From positions 141,363-199,436 of the forward strand of contig MU053802.1 of assembly GCA_013239625.1 (NCBI GenBank): a DNA stretch of 58,074 nt, in the 5' to 3' direction. Numbering within the stretch: the stretch's first letter is position 1; each line of letters begins with the position of its first letter. A model generated the notes under the pieces. The model was given only the letters and a program-made list of their open reading frames with translations, was not told the origin of the DNA and did not search any database. The position numbers and the translations under genes are program-made. Positions 37,530 through 50,231 of the stretch are shown piece after piece. The stretch comes from Lama guanicoe. Taxonomy: Eukaryota.

Positions 37530-37690
37530 GAACACTGGACAGAGTCAGAGCTGAGTTCCAGCCCAGCCCTTCCACAGACAAGCGGCATGGACCAGTTACC
37601 TGGCCTTTTCAAGCTTCACCATCCTCATCTGTAAAGGAGTTTGTACTAGAGGACTCCCTAAGAATTTTCCAGGTCTAACGGCTATGATTC
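37530..37690 (+). mobile_element. MIR remnant
   Basis: tcctcatctgtaaa...ttccaggtctaac...ctatgattc MIR core and 3' motifs. Confidence 0.6.
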
Positions 37691-38838
37691 CTGTTTTTGA
37701 AGTAGTTTTTTTTTTTTAATAAAAGTAATCTTAGAATACAAGAAAAGATGAGATTTTTAACTTCCCTTTGCCTGTCAGAGAACTTACACTGTCATAGGTC
37801 TGTTCACAGCCCCACACCAGATTTAACACTCATTCCAATAGCAATTGCTCCTAGGAATTTAATGAATCTGCTTACCACAAAGATAGGGTGCTTCTGTTTG
37901 TAAGCATCATATAAGTGCAAATATCAAATATCAGTAGTAAGGGAAAAGAACAATAGCTGGATAATTTCAAAATAAATTCTGTTGTTGTCAAAAAAAAAAA
38001 AAAGAAGTATCTGGGAAACTGGTGAATTTTTAGTGCATCCTTCCTGAATGGCCCTCAGAAGCTTCATGTACAAAAAGAAGCAAATTGACAGTCACCCGCT
38101 CCCCCATCTGTCAGAGGTGGCCCCTCAGGGGTCACTCTGCTGAGTGGATGAGAGGATACTGCGGTCAGAGGAAGGTCCTGTGCTGATCCTGGGGAGGTGA
38201 GGGTTTCAGTGTAGCCTTGGTTCCAGCCTGGATGGTGGAGACTCCTGTGCATCTGGGGCAGGCAGGGAACTCAACCATGCCTCCAAGACATCCTGTCCCT
38301 CTATATCCACAGCTTTATCCAGATGGGGGCCTGAAAAATGAGAGATTAGAGCACAGGACAGATGGGGCTGGGATGGGAGGATGGAAGCTGTGACAGAGCC
38401 TCTGGTCAAGAGGAAGCTCAGCCTCTCCTCTGTGGGGCCCTGAGCAACTCATTGCTCTATGATACAGTGTCTCCTTATCTGGGAAATGGAGGGATGATGA
38501 TCCTCTGGTACAGGCCTCACAAGGCTCCGATGAGGTGAGAGGGAAGAAAGGAAGTGGGAGCCGTTGCACCCTGCTCCACCTGCAGGGCTGAGGGAGAAGC
38601 AGTGATGGTAGCAGGACAGCAGTATGGTGCCACGTCCTCATGAGAACTTGTGTGGCACAGACTTTCCAGAAGAGAAAACAGGGGCAGGGAGGCCAAGGAT
38701 TAGCCTAGAATCAGAGCTTGCTGGAGGACAGAGTATCAGCTGACTTGGGTCAGTTGTCCAGGGTCTGAGGTCAGGGGTGTTGGGGGAAATGGGATGAGGG
38801 GAGTATTGCCTCGATGACTCCGTCCCCAGTAGTCGCAG

Positions 38839-38907
38839 GAGCAGCCCGCCACATTCACCACCCTGATGATGAGCCTCCATGGAGCCCAGAAGAGGCTGCA
38901 GAGGAAG
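38839..38907 (+). pseudogene. RALGDS-like CDC25-domain exon remnant
   Basis: EQPATFTTLMMSLHGAQKRLQRK versus EGTSKFATLEMNPKRAQKRPKET. Confidence 0.7.
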
Positions 38908-39324
38908 GCCAGTGTCCTGTGGAAGAGGGGCCCCAGGGTCAGGGGAAAGGGTCTCCCCTCCTAGCTGGAGGCCTCCAAGCTCAGAGAGGAAGGGGCTTTT
39001 TCCTCCAGCCCTGACGCCTGTTGCCAAGTGGCCTGAAATCCTCCTGTAAAGTGAGCAGCGGGAGGGCTTGGAAGAGCTGCTGAGGATGGATTTGGGGGCG
39101 GGAAGGGGCCAAGGATTAAATAACCTGTGATTTGCCAGATGCAGGCCTTTGGAAGTGACTACGAGTCTAATGTTCTTGGGATGGAGGGAGGGAAATTGAG
39201 GGGAGGTTATTAAGGCCCTAGGCTGCTCCAGAGGAAGCCCCTGGGCAGGAGTGGAGGGTGGGGAGTTTTTAAAGGAGGGCCTGTGGGGGCACCTGACAGC
39301 AGGGGCTCATCCCACTCCCACCTG

Positions 39325-39402
39325 GATGGCAACCTTCCTTGGCATAATCCTCACTGAACTCATGCTGCTGGGCTCCGTGGTGGAGGATTGCCTGTGGGAC
39401 AA
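39325..39402 (+). pseudogene. RALGDS-like CDC25-domain exon remnant
   Basis: TFLGIILTELMLLGSVVEDCLW versus PYLGTFLTDLVMLDTAMKDYLY. Confidence 0.75.
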
Positions 39403-39965
39403 TGAGCCTGGGGGCCAGGCAGGGGGGGGACAAGGATGGAGGCTTGGGAAGGGAGAGCCCCAGTACTGAGCCCTGAACTGTCAGCATGAGGCAGACCTTC
39501 TCTCAGGAGAGACTCACGGCATCCCTGTGAGCTGGAAATTCATATCCATTTTTAGTAATGAGTGAAAGGAGACTCCACTGGTTCCAGTTCCCAAGGCCGG
39601 TGAAGCAGCAGAGGTCCCGGACTGCAAAGCTGCATGAGGTTTTGCATTAACTGAGTTTCTTCCTCAAGTGGTATCCGAAGGTCAAGAATGAAGTGGGGGG
39701 CCCTTCAAGTCCAGCAACACATAAGTGATCTAGCAGTCCCTTCCTGCCTGGCTGTCATCAGAGAGGCTTGTGCTACAAGGTCTGAGTGACTCAGTCCCCA
39801 TACCCCACTGTCTCTGGGGCCAGGAGCCTGGCCTTGGTCCACATGCTGTTTTCTGTGCATGCCGGAACCCTTTGTGAAACTTGGGGTGGTGCAACTTGAG
39901 AAGGGGTGGGCATAGAGAACTGGTAATGACTTGAAGACTCTTTCTGGTATGTGTTTGTCTTCTGG

Positions 39966-39998
39966 GGGAATGAGATCAACCACCAGAAGAAGAAGAAG
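39966..39998 (+). pseudogene. RALGDS-like 33-nt exon remnant
   Basis: GNEINHQKKKK|gtgagc versus GRLINFEKRRK; acceptor mutated. Confidence 0.75.
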
Positions 39999-40269
39999 GT
40001 GAGCAGCAGTGGCCATCCCCACAGGGATGGGTGTGAGGAGGAAATCAGAGATGACACTGGGCACAACACTACCTGGCTTCATGCTCTGCAGCTTACATTT
40101 GTTGGGAGAGTTTGATAACAGAGGTGTGGGAGACCCATCCTGCTGATGGGTGGAGGAAAGGGGATGGCATCAAGGAAAAATTCCTGGATGAGGGGCTATT
40201 TATTGCATCTCTGCAAACAGGTAGGGCCTGGAAAGAATTGCAGGGAAGGAGGGCTCCCATGTGTGCAAA

Positions 40270-40380
40270 GACCCAGAATCAGGCTGCTCCAGGTGGCAGC
40301 AGAAAATTACAACCTACAGCCAGAGGAGCAATTTGGTGCCTGGTTCTGGGACAGATAGCAGCTCATTGAGGCCAGAGAGG
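40270..40380 (+). pseudogene. RALGDS-like CDC25-domain exon remnant
   Basis: IRLLQVAAENYNLQPEEQFGAWFWDR* versus IKLLQSACNNYSIAPDEQFGAWFRAV. Confidence 0.85.
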
Positions 40381-40567
40381 AGAAAGTCAGGGTGGACTCT
40401 CCCCACTGGCCCATCCAGAGAGCTGAGTCCATGTCTCCCTGCTCAGTCCCAGACCTTGTTGCATGGTGACCACTGGAGCAACCAGACTCCAGCTGCTGGC
40501 CAGACACTATGAGTGATTCCTGAATTGTGGCTTCTGGTAGCCAAACTGGATCAACCCTCTCTTGTAG

Positions 40568-40660
40568 CTACATCCTATCCTGCTAGCTGGAGCCCCAGTC
40601 AACTTTGGGCAGCAGAACTCTCAAGGCCAAGAGACACAGCCATCATCAAGCGCAAGGGAG
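40568..40660 (+). pseudogene. RALGDS-like last recognisable exon remnant
   Basis: cttgtag|C YILSC*LEPQS versus YNLSCELEPPS. Confidence 0.75.
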
Positions 40661-40899
40661 ACTGTGTGTCCAGTGGTGGTGGGACCTCCACTGTGTCAGG
40701 GACACAGCTGGGGCACACAGAGTGCACTGGCCCCATCTCTCTAATGCTTCATTCCCAAGGTCCAGTTACTTATTTGGAAAAGCAGTATGTATTTAATGCT
40801 AAATTTGAACATTATTATAAAACCAATTTAAGTTACATTTTAGTGGTGTTTTTTTCTTCCTATGTTAGTTTAAATGCACAAACTCTCACATTCCTCCTT

Positions 40900-43295
40900 T
40901 AAAATGAGTGTTCCATGGACAGGAGCAGCCTTAGATATGCGACAGGTCTGTTAAACAATTTACTGCATAGAACACTCCCTGGATATAACTTCCTTTCACT
41001 GACAAAACACTATGCCAAAAGTTTTTTTCATAAACTTGTAATGAACATCTATATGCATATATCTAATATGACACTAATTACATGCAGCCATGAAGACTCT
41101 CATGTGCATTCAGTGTTAGATCATTAAGCTTAGCACAGCCATTAAGTGCCTTAGAAACACAAGTGTTACAGTAGTAACATCATCACCATGTGCATGTGTA
41201 TAACTTTCTCTATAAGAAAACTGCAAAAACTCATTCATATTGTTTGTAACTAACATCTCTATATATACATCTTATATGTGAATAAGTCTTTACCTGCAGA
41301 CCAGAAGGCATTCATTACTGTTCAAGGTCACAGTCTTAGCCCAGCTTCTGCATAGCCTTAGAAACACTAATGTTTTATGTCTATTAAACAATTAAATAAA
41401 TGCATCACTCATTTTCTGTAACTTAATGTAACTGAAAGGACACCGTCTAAATTGTCTTTGATATAGCTTATAACAGACATATATATATATATATATATAT
41501 ATGATATGTGAAGATTTTATATGCAGATGGAAAGGCATTCACTAATATTCGATGTTAGAAAACTAATTAGCACAGCTTCTAGGCAGCCTTAAAAACACTA
41601 GTGTCACAGGACTGTGAAATAGTTAACGACTGTATCAATTAAATATGCATAGTAGAAACTATTTACTGTAAGAACATGTGTGTAAAATTCCTTTCCTATA
41701 GCTAGCAAGAACAGCTATTTATATCATATAGAAAGAAAAATACATCTTTTTCTCAAAAGACAGCTATGTTTTTTTGAAATCTCAGTGTAGCCTTAGAAGG
41801 AGTATTTTTACAGACCTATTATTAAATTCACTGCATACACATCACTAAGGGAACTCTCTGTCACTGAATCTACTCTCTGCTATAAGTATCTTTCATATTA
41901 CTTTTAAGAATACATACATACATCAAATCCGAAAGCAAGCCTTTAGATGAAGAAGGAAAGATAGATATATTTTTTTCCTAGAAAGAAAGCTAGGCTTTTC
42001 TCACTTTCAATGTAGCTTTAAAAATGAGTACGTTACACTGTTTCCTACATGCGTCACTCCCAATGTTTACCTTCCATTCAGGGAAAATTGCACTATACCT
42101 GAATAATTTTTCATGTAGGTGTTCAGATTTACCTGATTGAAAACCAGTTTTTCCTTGTGCTAAAAAAAGAATCATATATTCAGGCTTTGAAGCCAACCAT
42201 TTTACAGGTTTGCTGTATCCTTATAAGCACTGGTGCTGAAGCTCTCTCACACAATCCCATACACGCCCGACTCCCTGGGAGCAGCTTTCTTTCACTGTAA
42301 GAATATGGTGTTAAAAGTTTCTGTCACGCAACTCATCAGATACGTTTGTTTGTATAATGCCAGGTCAAGGCTTTAGGTACCGGTGGCAGAAAAGATAAGT
42401 TTCATCTCATTCAGAAGGACAGGCTTCCCAGGGTCACAGTGGCGCTTTGGAGGAAGCGGTCCTGCAGGTCTGTTGCACAATTCACCACATGCATATGCTC
42501 CTGAGTATAACTCTACCTAACAGAAAGAAGGGAGGGCCTCAAATGTGTTTCATGTGGCTTGTAAGAAACATGTATGTACATCTAATCTGAAAGGAAGCCA
42601 TTGCAAACAGACAGAAGGGAAGATACATCTTTTAGCAGCCTCGATGTGGCACCCTAGTGATAGTATCATCACAGGTCTGTTAGTTTTCTTCACATGTATA
42701 TGACTGCTCGAGATTTCTTGCCTGGAGCTTGACAGAAAGCTTGTTATGAACCTCATGTGGGAACATGTTTAACACTGTGATGGCACAGGCGGTAGATAAT
42801 GTTTTCCTCCCTGTTAAGAATCCAAGCTTTATTCAGCTTCCTTTTAGCTTTGGAAACACTTGTGCCAAAGCAGGGTAAAGAAGCCACTCCAGGCATGTGT
42901 CTCTTCACCTAATGTTATTTCATGGACAGAACACTAGGCCTAAAGTTTCTTTCATGTGGCTTGTCCAAAACAGGTTTACCAATCTAATCTGAAAGTAAGT
43001 TTTGATATTCAGATGGAATGAAACATACACCTTTCCCTGGGTAGAAAGTTAGGTTCTCTTGTAACTTGAATGTTGCCTTAGAAATACTAGTGCCACAGGC
43101 AGGATACTAGTCACTAGTGTGTGACGTGCTGGGCATACATTTCTTTCACTGAAAGAACATTTTGCCAAATATCTTTAAGCTCATTTTTGAGAAACATCTT
43201 TTAAACTAAATGAGTAACAAGTCTTCCTGCAAGCTGAAGGGAAGATATCTTTAATCACTGATTCAAAGCCCTACTCTCCTTAGCTTTTATGTACA
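40900..43295 (+). repeat. Degenerate satellite-like tandem array, ~11 units of ~196-231 bp
   Basis: Anchor ccttagaaacactagtg(t/c)cacagg-like at 40929, 41149, 41356, 41587, 41791, 42016, 42219, 42445, 42652, 42848, 43076; recurring tttcactg and atctaatctgaaag. Confidence 0.8.
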
Positions 43296-43296
43296 A

Positions 43297-43685
43297 TTAT
43301 AATAGAAAAGAACAAATCTGACTCCATATTAGATCTGTTCCTTTTCCTTTAACCCTGTGCCCTGGTTTCTAGGCTTAGTCTTGCTAGCCCTGCACCTTTT
43401 GTGAAACAATGTTGCCTGTAGCCTGAAATATATAGGACAGCCTATTCTCAGGGCTCTGACCTTTAAGGATATTAATACTTTTGCACTCCTACAAAGATAA
43501 CAAGTTGCAGAATAGAAAACAACATTTCTTTTGTTGGAGGTTTACAGGGACACTGTGATCTGACACACAGGGACAGCTGCAAGAACAAAGAATTCCTACA
43601 CCAAGAAGTTTGTAACAACCAACCACACTCCTTCCCCTTTTAGTATAAAAGAAGCCTGAATTCTGACTTGAGTAGGAATTCTTGC
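43297..43685 (+). mobile_element. ERV LTR, 3'-truncated
   Basis: LTR-like start t(a/g)taatagaaaagaacaaatctgactccatattagatctg; TATA box ccttttagtataaaag at ~43645. Confidence 0.7.
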
Positions 43686-43689
43686 CTAC

Positions 43690-43840
43690 TCTTTTAAACT
43701 AAATAAATAACAAGTCTTTTCCTGCAGACTGAAGGGAAGATACATTTAATCACTGATTCAAAGCCCTGCTTTTCTTAGCTTTCATGTACAGTTGTAATAG
43801 AAAAGGATGAATCTGACTCCATATTAGATCTATTTCTTTG
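43690..43840 (+). repeat. Diverged second copy of ~43197-43345 (satellite/LTR junction)
   Basis: cttttaaactaaat...aatcactgattcaaagccct...atctgactccatattagatct present twice. Confidence 0.9.
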
Positions 43841-45824
43841 TACCCTGGCAAAACTGTACCCTGCAGAATGAGTTTGGAGTCTGTAACATAATCATCAGAG
43901 AAATGCAAATCAAAACCATAAGGAGATATCACTTCACACCCATTATAATGGTGACTATCAAAAGACTTGAAAATAACACATTTTGATGAATATGTGGAGA
44001 AACTGGACCCATGTGCATTGCTGGAAAGATTCTAGAATAGTGCAGCCACTATAGAAAATGGTATGAAAGTTCCTCAAAAAACTAAAAGTAGAACTGCCAA
44101 ATGATACATCTATTCCTGAGAATTTATGCATGCTGCACCACAGAAAAGCCTTTAGGCCATTATACACAGTTAAGCCACTTACAAAAAAAAAAAAAACAAA
44201 TACTGTGTGATTCCACTTATATAAGGTATCTAAAGTAGTCAATTCATTAAAAAACAACAAACAAAACAGAACAAAACAAACCCCAGAAGGTAAATGGTGC
44301 TTATTAGGACCTGAGGAAGAGGAAAATGGAGAATTGTTTAATGGATATAGAGTTTCAGTTTTGCAAGATGTAAAAGTTCTAGAGATCTGTTTCACAAAGT
44401 GTGCATGCATTTAACACCACTGAATTGTGTATTTAAAAACGGTCAATAACAATATTATATGTTTTTATCACAATAAAAATGTTATGTGAATATCTGCATG
44501 GAGTTCAATGTCAAGTGCAAAAAACAATAATAACACCTCATTTGTATCAGAGAGAAAACAAGCTTGAAAACAAAACAAAACAATGTCATATAAGATGAAG
44601 GGATGTGAATCATAATCTTTTTTAGAATCTTTTTATAGTTTGGTAGGAGGATAAAGATATTAACTACATATGACTCCATGTAGAGAATAAGCTAGTAGAA
44701 AAGGGTACCAAAAAATAGAATACACACTTAAAATTTTCAAACCAGTAGAAGGAAAAAAATGAAATGAGGGAAAATAAAACATAATTCAGTACTTTAGAAG
44801 GCAAAACATAGAACAAAAGAAACCAAGTGGGACATATAGAATGTAAATAGGATGCAGTAATACATCAGTAATCAAAATAGATGTTAACTGCAAAAAGCCC
44901 TTTACTTAAGGACAAAACTAGCCATCATAGAGTCAATTAAAAATAAAGCCAAATAATTTGCTGCCTAAAAGGGATACACATTAGAAGCAAAATCTCAAAT
45001 GGCTAAATTTCTAAAGAAGATAAACATGTACCAGGCAGAAATATTAATATTAATCAAAAGAAAATGTAAACCTATTAATATCAGAAAAAAATTGTTTCAA
45101 CCTAAACCATGACTAGAGATAAAGAGATACACTATTGAATGATACTAGTCTAACTTATTGGGAAGATACATTATAAACATATATGTATACAATATATAAT
45201 AACATAGTATAAAAGTATCTTAAAACTATAAAGAGCAATTAATCTAACAAAAAGTGGCAAATATATTTTAAAATGTTAATAACATATCTTCCTACTACTT
45301 GATAGATGAAGCAGTCAAAAACAGCACTATAGAGAATACATAAACAGCACAATTAAAAAGACTAATGTGTGTATAGAAAACTTTGAACCCAACCATTGCG
45401 CAAGACACATTTCAAAGCAAAGATGGTTTTTTAATGAATACTGGTCAATTCTAAGGTCACACTGCCAGCCTCAAGTTATTTCAAACACTGACATCATATA
45501 GACTATAGTCTCTGTCCAAAAAAGTGACTAAAGGAGAAATTACTAAAAAGGAAAGATTAGAAAAATAACATGTTTTTGCAAATAAAAAATTTGTCACTGA
45601 AAAATATGTGGGCTCAGGAGAAATGATAAAAGATAAAGAAGATAATTAGAATTGAAAAATAACAAAAATACTATATGTCAAGCTGATGAAATTCAGATAG
45701 AATAGTCCTTAACTGTTAACATACAGCCTTAAATGCTTGTATTGGAAAAGAAAAGATACTTGAAATTAATGAGTTAAACTTGCAAAAGAAGAATAAAAAA
45801 GACCTCAAAATAAAAAAGACCCAT

Positions 45825-47500
45825 TAAAGCTACAGATTTAATGCAATCTCTATCAAAATATCCATGATATTTTCCACAGAACCAGAAAAAAATAATCCTA
45901 AAATTACATAGAACCATAAAAGACCTCAAATTGCCAAAGAAATCTGAGAAAAAAGAAGAAAGCTGATGATATCACACTTCCAGACTTCAGACTATACCAC
46001 AAAGCTACAGTAATCCAAAGTATGGCATTGGTACAGAAACAGACATGTAGAACAATGGAACAGAATGCAGGGCCTGGAAATAAGCCCACACACAGATGTT
46101 ATGGTCAATTAATCTAAAACAAAGGAGGTGAGAATATACAGTGGAGAAAAGATAGCCTCCTCAATAAATGGTGCTGAAGAAACTGGACAGCTACATGGAA
46201 AAGGATGCAATTATAACAGTTCGTCACACTATGTACAAAAATAAACTCAAAATACATTAAAGGCCTAAATGAAAGACCTGAAACTATAAAACTCTTCGAA
46301 GAGAACATAGGCAGAGCACTCTTTGACATAAATAGTAGCAATTTTGGGGGGGATCTGTCTCCTAAGGCAAAAGAAATAAAAGCAAAAACAAGCAAAAGGG
46401 ACCTAATTAAACTTAAAAGACTTTGTACAAGAAGGGAAATCATTGACAAAACAAAAGACAAGCTACTGAATTGGATAATATGTTTGTAAATGATATGGAT
46501 GACAAGGAGTTAATATCTAAAATGTATAAACAGCTTTTACAACTCAATACTAAAAAAATTCAGTCAGAAAATAGGCAGAAGACTTTAACAAACATTTTTG
46601 CAAAAAAAGACATACAGGTGGCTAACAGGTACACGAAAAGATGCTCAAAATCTAATTATTAGAGAAATACAAATCAAAACCACAATGAGACATCACTTCA
46701 CACCTGTCAGAATGGCTATCATCAAAAAGTCTACAAATAATAAACTGTTGATGAGAATGCAGAGAAAGGGGAACTCTTGTACACTGTTGGTGGTAATGCA
46801 AATTGGTGCAGCCACTATGGAAGACAGTGTGGAAGTTCCTTAAAAAACTAAAACAGGACTAACATATGATCCAATAATTCCATTCTTGGGTATATATATA
46901 GGAAAAAATGAAAAAGCTAATTTGAATGGATACATACACCTCAATGTTCATAGCAGCATTATTTACAATAGCCCGGATAGAAGCAACCCAAGTTCCGAAA
47001 AACAGATGAGTGGATAAAGAAGATGTGATACACACACACACACACACACACACTGGGATATTACTCAGCCATAAAAAAAAAAAGAATGAAATTCTGCCAT
47101 TTGCAGCAACATTGATGGATCTAGAGATATTATGTTTAGTGAAATGAAATCAGAGAAAGACAAATGCTGTATAAAATCACTTATGTCTGGAATCTAAAAA
47201 TAATACAAACAAATGTATACACAAAACAGAAGGAGATTCACAGATATAGAAAACAAACTTGTGATTACCAAAGGAGAAAGAAAAGGGGGAGGGGCAAAAT
47301 AGGAGTATGGGATTAAGAAATAAAAATTCCTATGTAGAAAATAAATAAACAAAAAAGATATATTGTACAACATGAGAATTATACTCACTATCTTACAATA
47401 ATTTTTCATGGAGTATAATCTGTAAAAATACTGAATCCCTATGCTGTATACCTGAAACTAATATAAAATTGTAAATTAACTATACATCAATAAAATAAAA
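45825..47500 (+). mobile_element. LINE-1 5'-truncated copy, paralog of 2675-4335; (CA)n at ~47030-47053
   Basis: [29 protein letters not shown]; same insertion junctions as in copy 1. Confidence 0.9.
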
Positions 47501-48753
47501 GTGAAGTAAAGAAGAGAATATATTAAAGAAAATAGCAAAAATATAAGAATGAAAAATGAGTTAATATTTTTCATTGGCTGCTTATAATAATAAAGTTTAT
47601 TTGCTCATCATTGTACACAGTTAAAAATGTAACAGAAAAGTTAATGGATTTGTTTATTTCTTCCTTTTTGCAACACTTTAGAAAATACCATTTTATTAGC
47701 AATCCTATGTACAAGAAAAGTGAATGAGCCCTGAATGCTAATGGCACGGGTATTGCAATTAGGTAAGAGAAACTTTTTTCAGGTATTATCTTGTTCTTAC
47801 AAGCTGATTTAACTTGATTAATCTTGTTCCAAAGCTTTCTATATTCTATAAGACTTCATTTGCAAAAATTATGTATAATTTTAAACTTTTTTTTGAAGCT
47901 TTATCATCTTTTATATCTTTCTCTTCAGTACCTTTTTAATGATTTTCATGGGTTGGTTCAAACAATCTAAACAGAAATTGATCAGTACTTATAACTATAT
48001 TACAACATAGACTCATAATTTTTAAATTAAAAATAGCTATATAAAGAATTACATATGTGTTAATGTATTACAAGTCAGTTGTAAATTTTTATGTGTGAAA
48101 TCTATTTATGGTAACAAGAGTTTCATTTAGTTTTCATTGTAAGTATTGCAACAACCTGGACAGCTCCATACCCACAGTAATCAAGACAACACTCAGTTAT
48201 CAGATCAAACCTTCTTTAGCTGCATTTGCATTCCCACCAAAATTCAAAGTATATTTGAGTCATTCCAGATGAATTTGTCAAAAGTAAAAAATCATTTAAC
48301 AACTAGTGAAAAACAAAGATTAACATCAAGACAGTCTCAGTCCAGGGAGACTTAAGGTTAGCATTCAAGACAGAATCCAGAAATTAATAAATTTATTTGT
48401 TTCCTAATAATTTTAAATTCTATAACTAATCAAATAAACAATATAATAAAGGGAATTTTACATCTTCCTTTTTAACCCTTATATGTATGATCTCACTTTC
48501 TTGCCTTAACGTGCTAGTATTTCCACCAAAATGTAAAAAAAAAAGGGGGGGACTAGTGGACATACTTGGCTTTTTACCTATGTCAAATAAATAATTTCAG
48601 GATTTCCCCAATAATAATGGTATTTGAACTAATTTTTGTTGATTCTCTTTATAAGAGTAAGAAAGTATTCTTCTATTCCTAGTTTGCTCAGGGTTTGTTG
48701 TTGTTAAATCATTAATAGATTGTTTTCTTGACTTAGCTGAGATACATCTAATG

Positions 48754-48792
<39 letters not shown>

Positions 48793-50119
48793 CACACAGA
48801 TATATATATAAATAATATATATTACATATATACACATTTCTATGCATCTGTATCTATATTTGAAATATATGTACACTAATATATTTTATGTATTATTTAT
48901 ATATTTATAGACAGATGCATACATACATACATATAGATGCATATATAGCTGCAATTGGTTTGGTAATTTGTAGAGGATTTTACATACATACTCAATTGTG
49001 AGTCTGGGTTAAAATTTTCCTTTCTTCTACTCTTCTTGTCATCAGGATGACTGTCAAAGTTTTTCTACCTATATAAATAGGAGAGTGTATCCTTTTAAAA
49101 ATTTCCTGTGAGGTTTTATAAGACTATACTTATTTCTTATTTGGTTGTTGGATAGAACTCACTGATTATGCCATCTGAGCCTGGATATTCATTGTTGAAA
49201 AAATTGACTAATAACTCAATGAAAAAGTAATATGATTTCTTTAATGCTTCAGAGATTTCAGGCTTTTTATTTCTTCTTGAGTAAGCACTTAATAAGTAAT
49301 ATTTTATAGTAATTTGCCATTTCATTTACATTTTTAAGTTATTGTCATAATGTTCAAAATATTCTTTATTCTTATTTTGGTGTCTAAAGCATCTATGGTT
49401 ATAATAATCTTTTTATTCTAAATATTAGATAATTGTGCTTTCTCTTTTATCTCTCTTGATCTCTTTTCATCCATTTCTCTATTTTTCTAAGTTGTTTCAA
49501 AGTATCAACTTCCTTTATATTTTGTGCCATGTTTCATGTTTTCAATGTTATCTTTTATTTATTGCTTCCTCTTCTATGTACATTTCTATTTATTTTATTG
49601 CTCTTTTTCTAGCCTCATTATGAGGATGTTTACATCATTAGTTTTGGGTATTTCTTATTTCCTAATGTGAGCAGTTAAGGTTATGGATTTCCTTCTAAAT
49701 ACTGCTTTAGGTGCATCTTATAGGCTTAGTAATCTCAGTATTTTTGTTAGAACTGAAAATAATTTCTCATTTTCATTAGAACTTCTTAACTGAATTGGGT
49801 ATTTGATGTATATTTTTAAATTTTAAAATGTGTGAGATTTTTCTAGTTATCTTCCTAACACTGATTTTTGACTTAATTTCATTGTGTCTGAAAACATAAT
49901 TTGTATTATTTCAATCCTTTTAGGCTATTTAACATTTCTTTTAAAATTACATCTTTCAAAAAACTGGAGTTTGAGTAACTTCCATTATAAACTTTCTGAG
50001 TTATATAGTCTGTTATTTGATAAATCAAAGGAGAATTTTTTAAAGTAAATTATATTTGAAAAAATGATGAATCTTTGCTTATATGAAACTGAAAAAGAAC
50101 TCTTGATGGAATAAACTAC

Positions 50120-50231
50120 CTTCTCCCTGGGGTCACTGAAACTCTTCATATGCAGTGTGTATAAGAAGGGTAGCCATTTGGAAATGAGGAGAAAATGTTG
50201 CCATTGGATTCTTGTAGGGTTTCTCCACATG
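50120..50231 (-). pseudogene. TLL1: Second TLL1 CUB1 exon copy, with stop codon and deletions
   Basis: 112 nt; (A)[34 protein letters not shown], then a 1-nt frameshift; splice sites ttctttcag and gtagtt retained. Confidence 0.9.

Larger units (their letters stand above)
27598..40660 (+). pseudogene. Multi-exon RALGDS-like (Ral guanine nucleotide dissociation stimulator-like) unprocessed pseudogene
   Basis: About ten colinear exon remnants match recalled RALGDS REM and CDC25 domain segments; multiple stops, frameshifts and dead splice sites. Confidence 0.9.

Noticed and set aside
40900..43295. CRISPR-like repeat-spacer array
   Set aside because: Mammalian context; whole units are homologous and degenerate, with no identical short repeats, unique spacers or cas genes.
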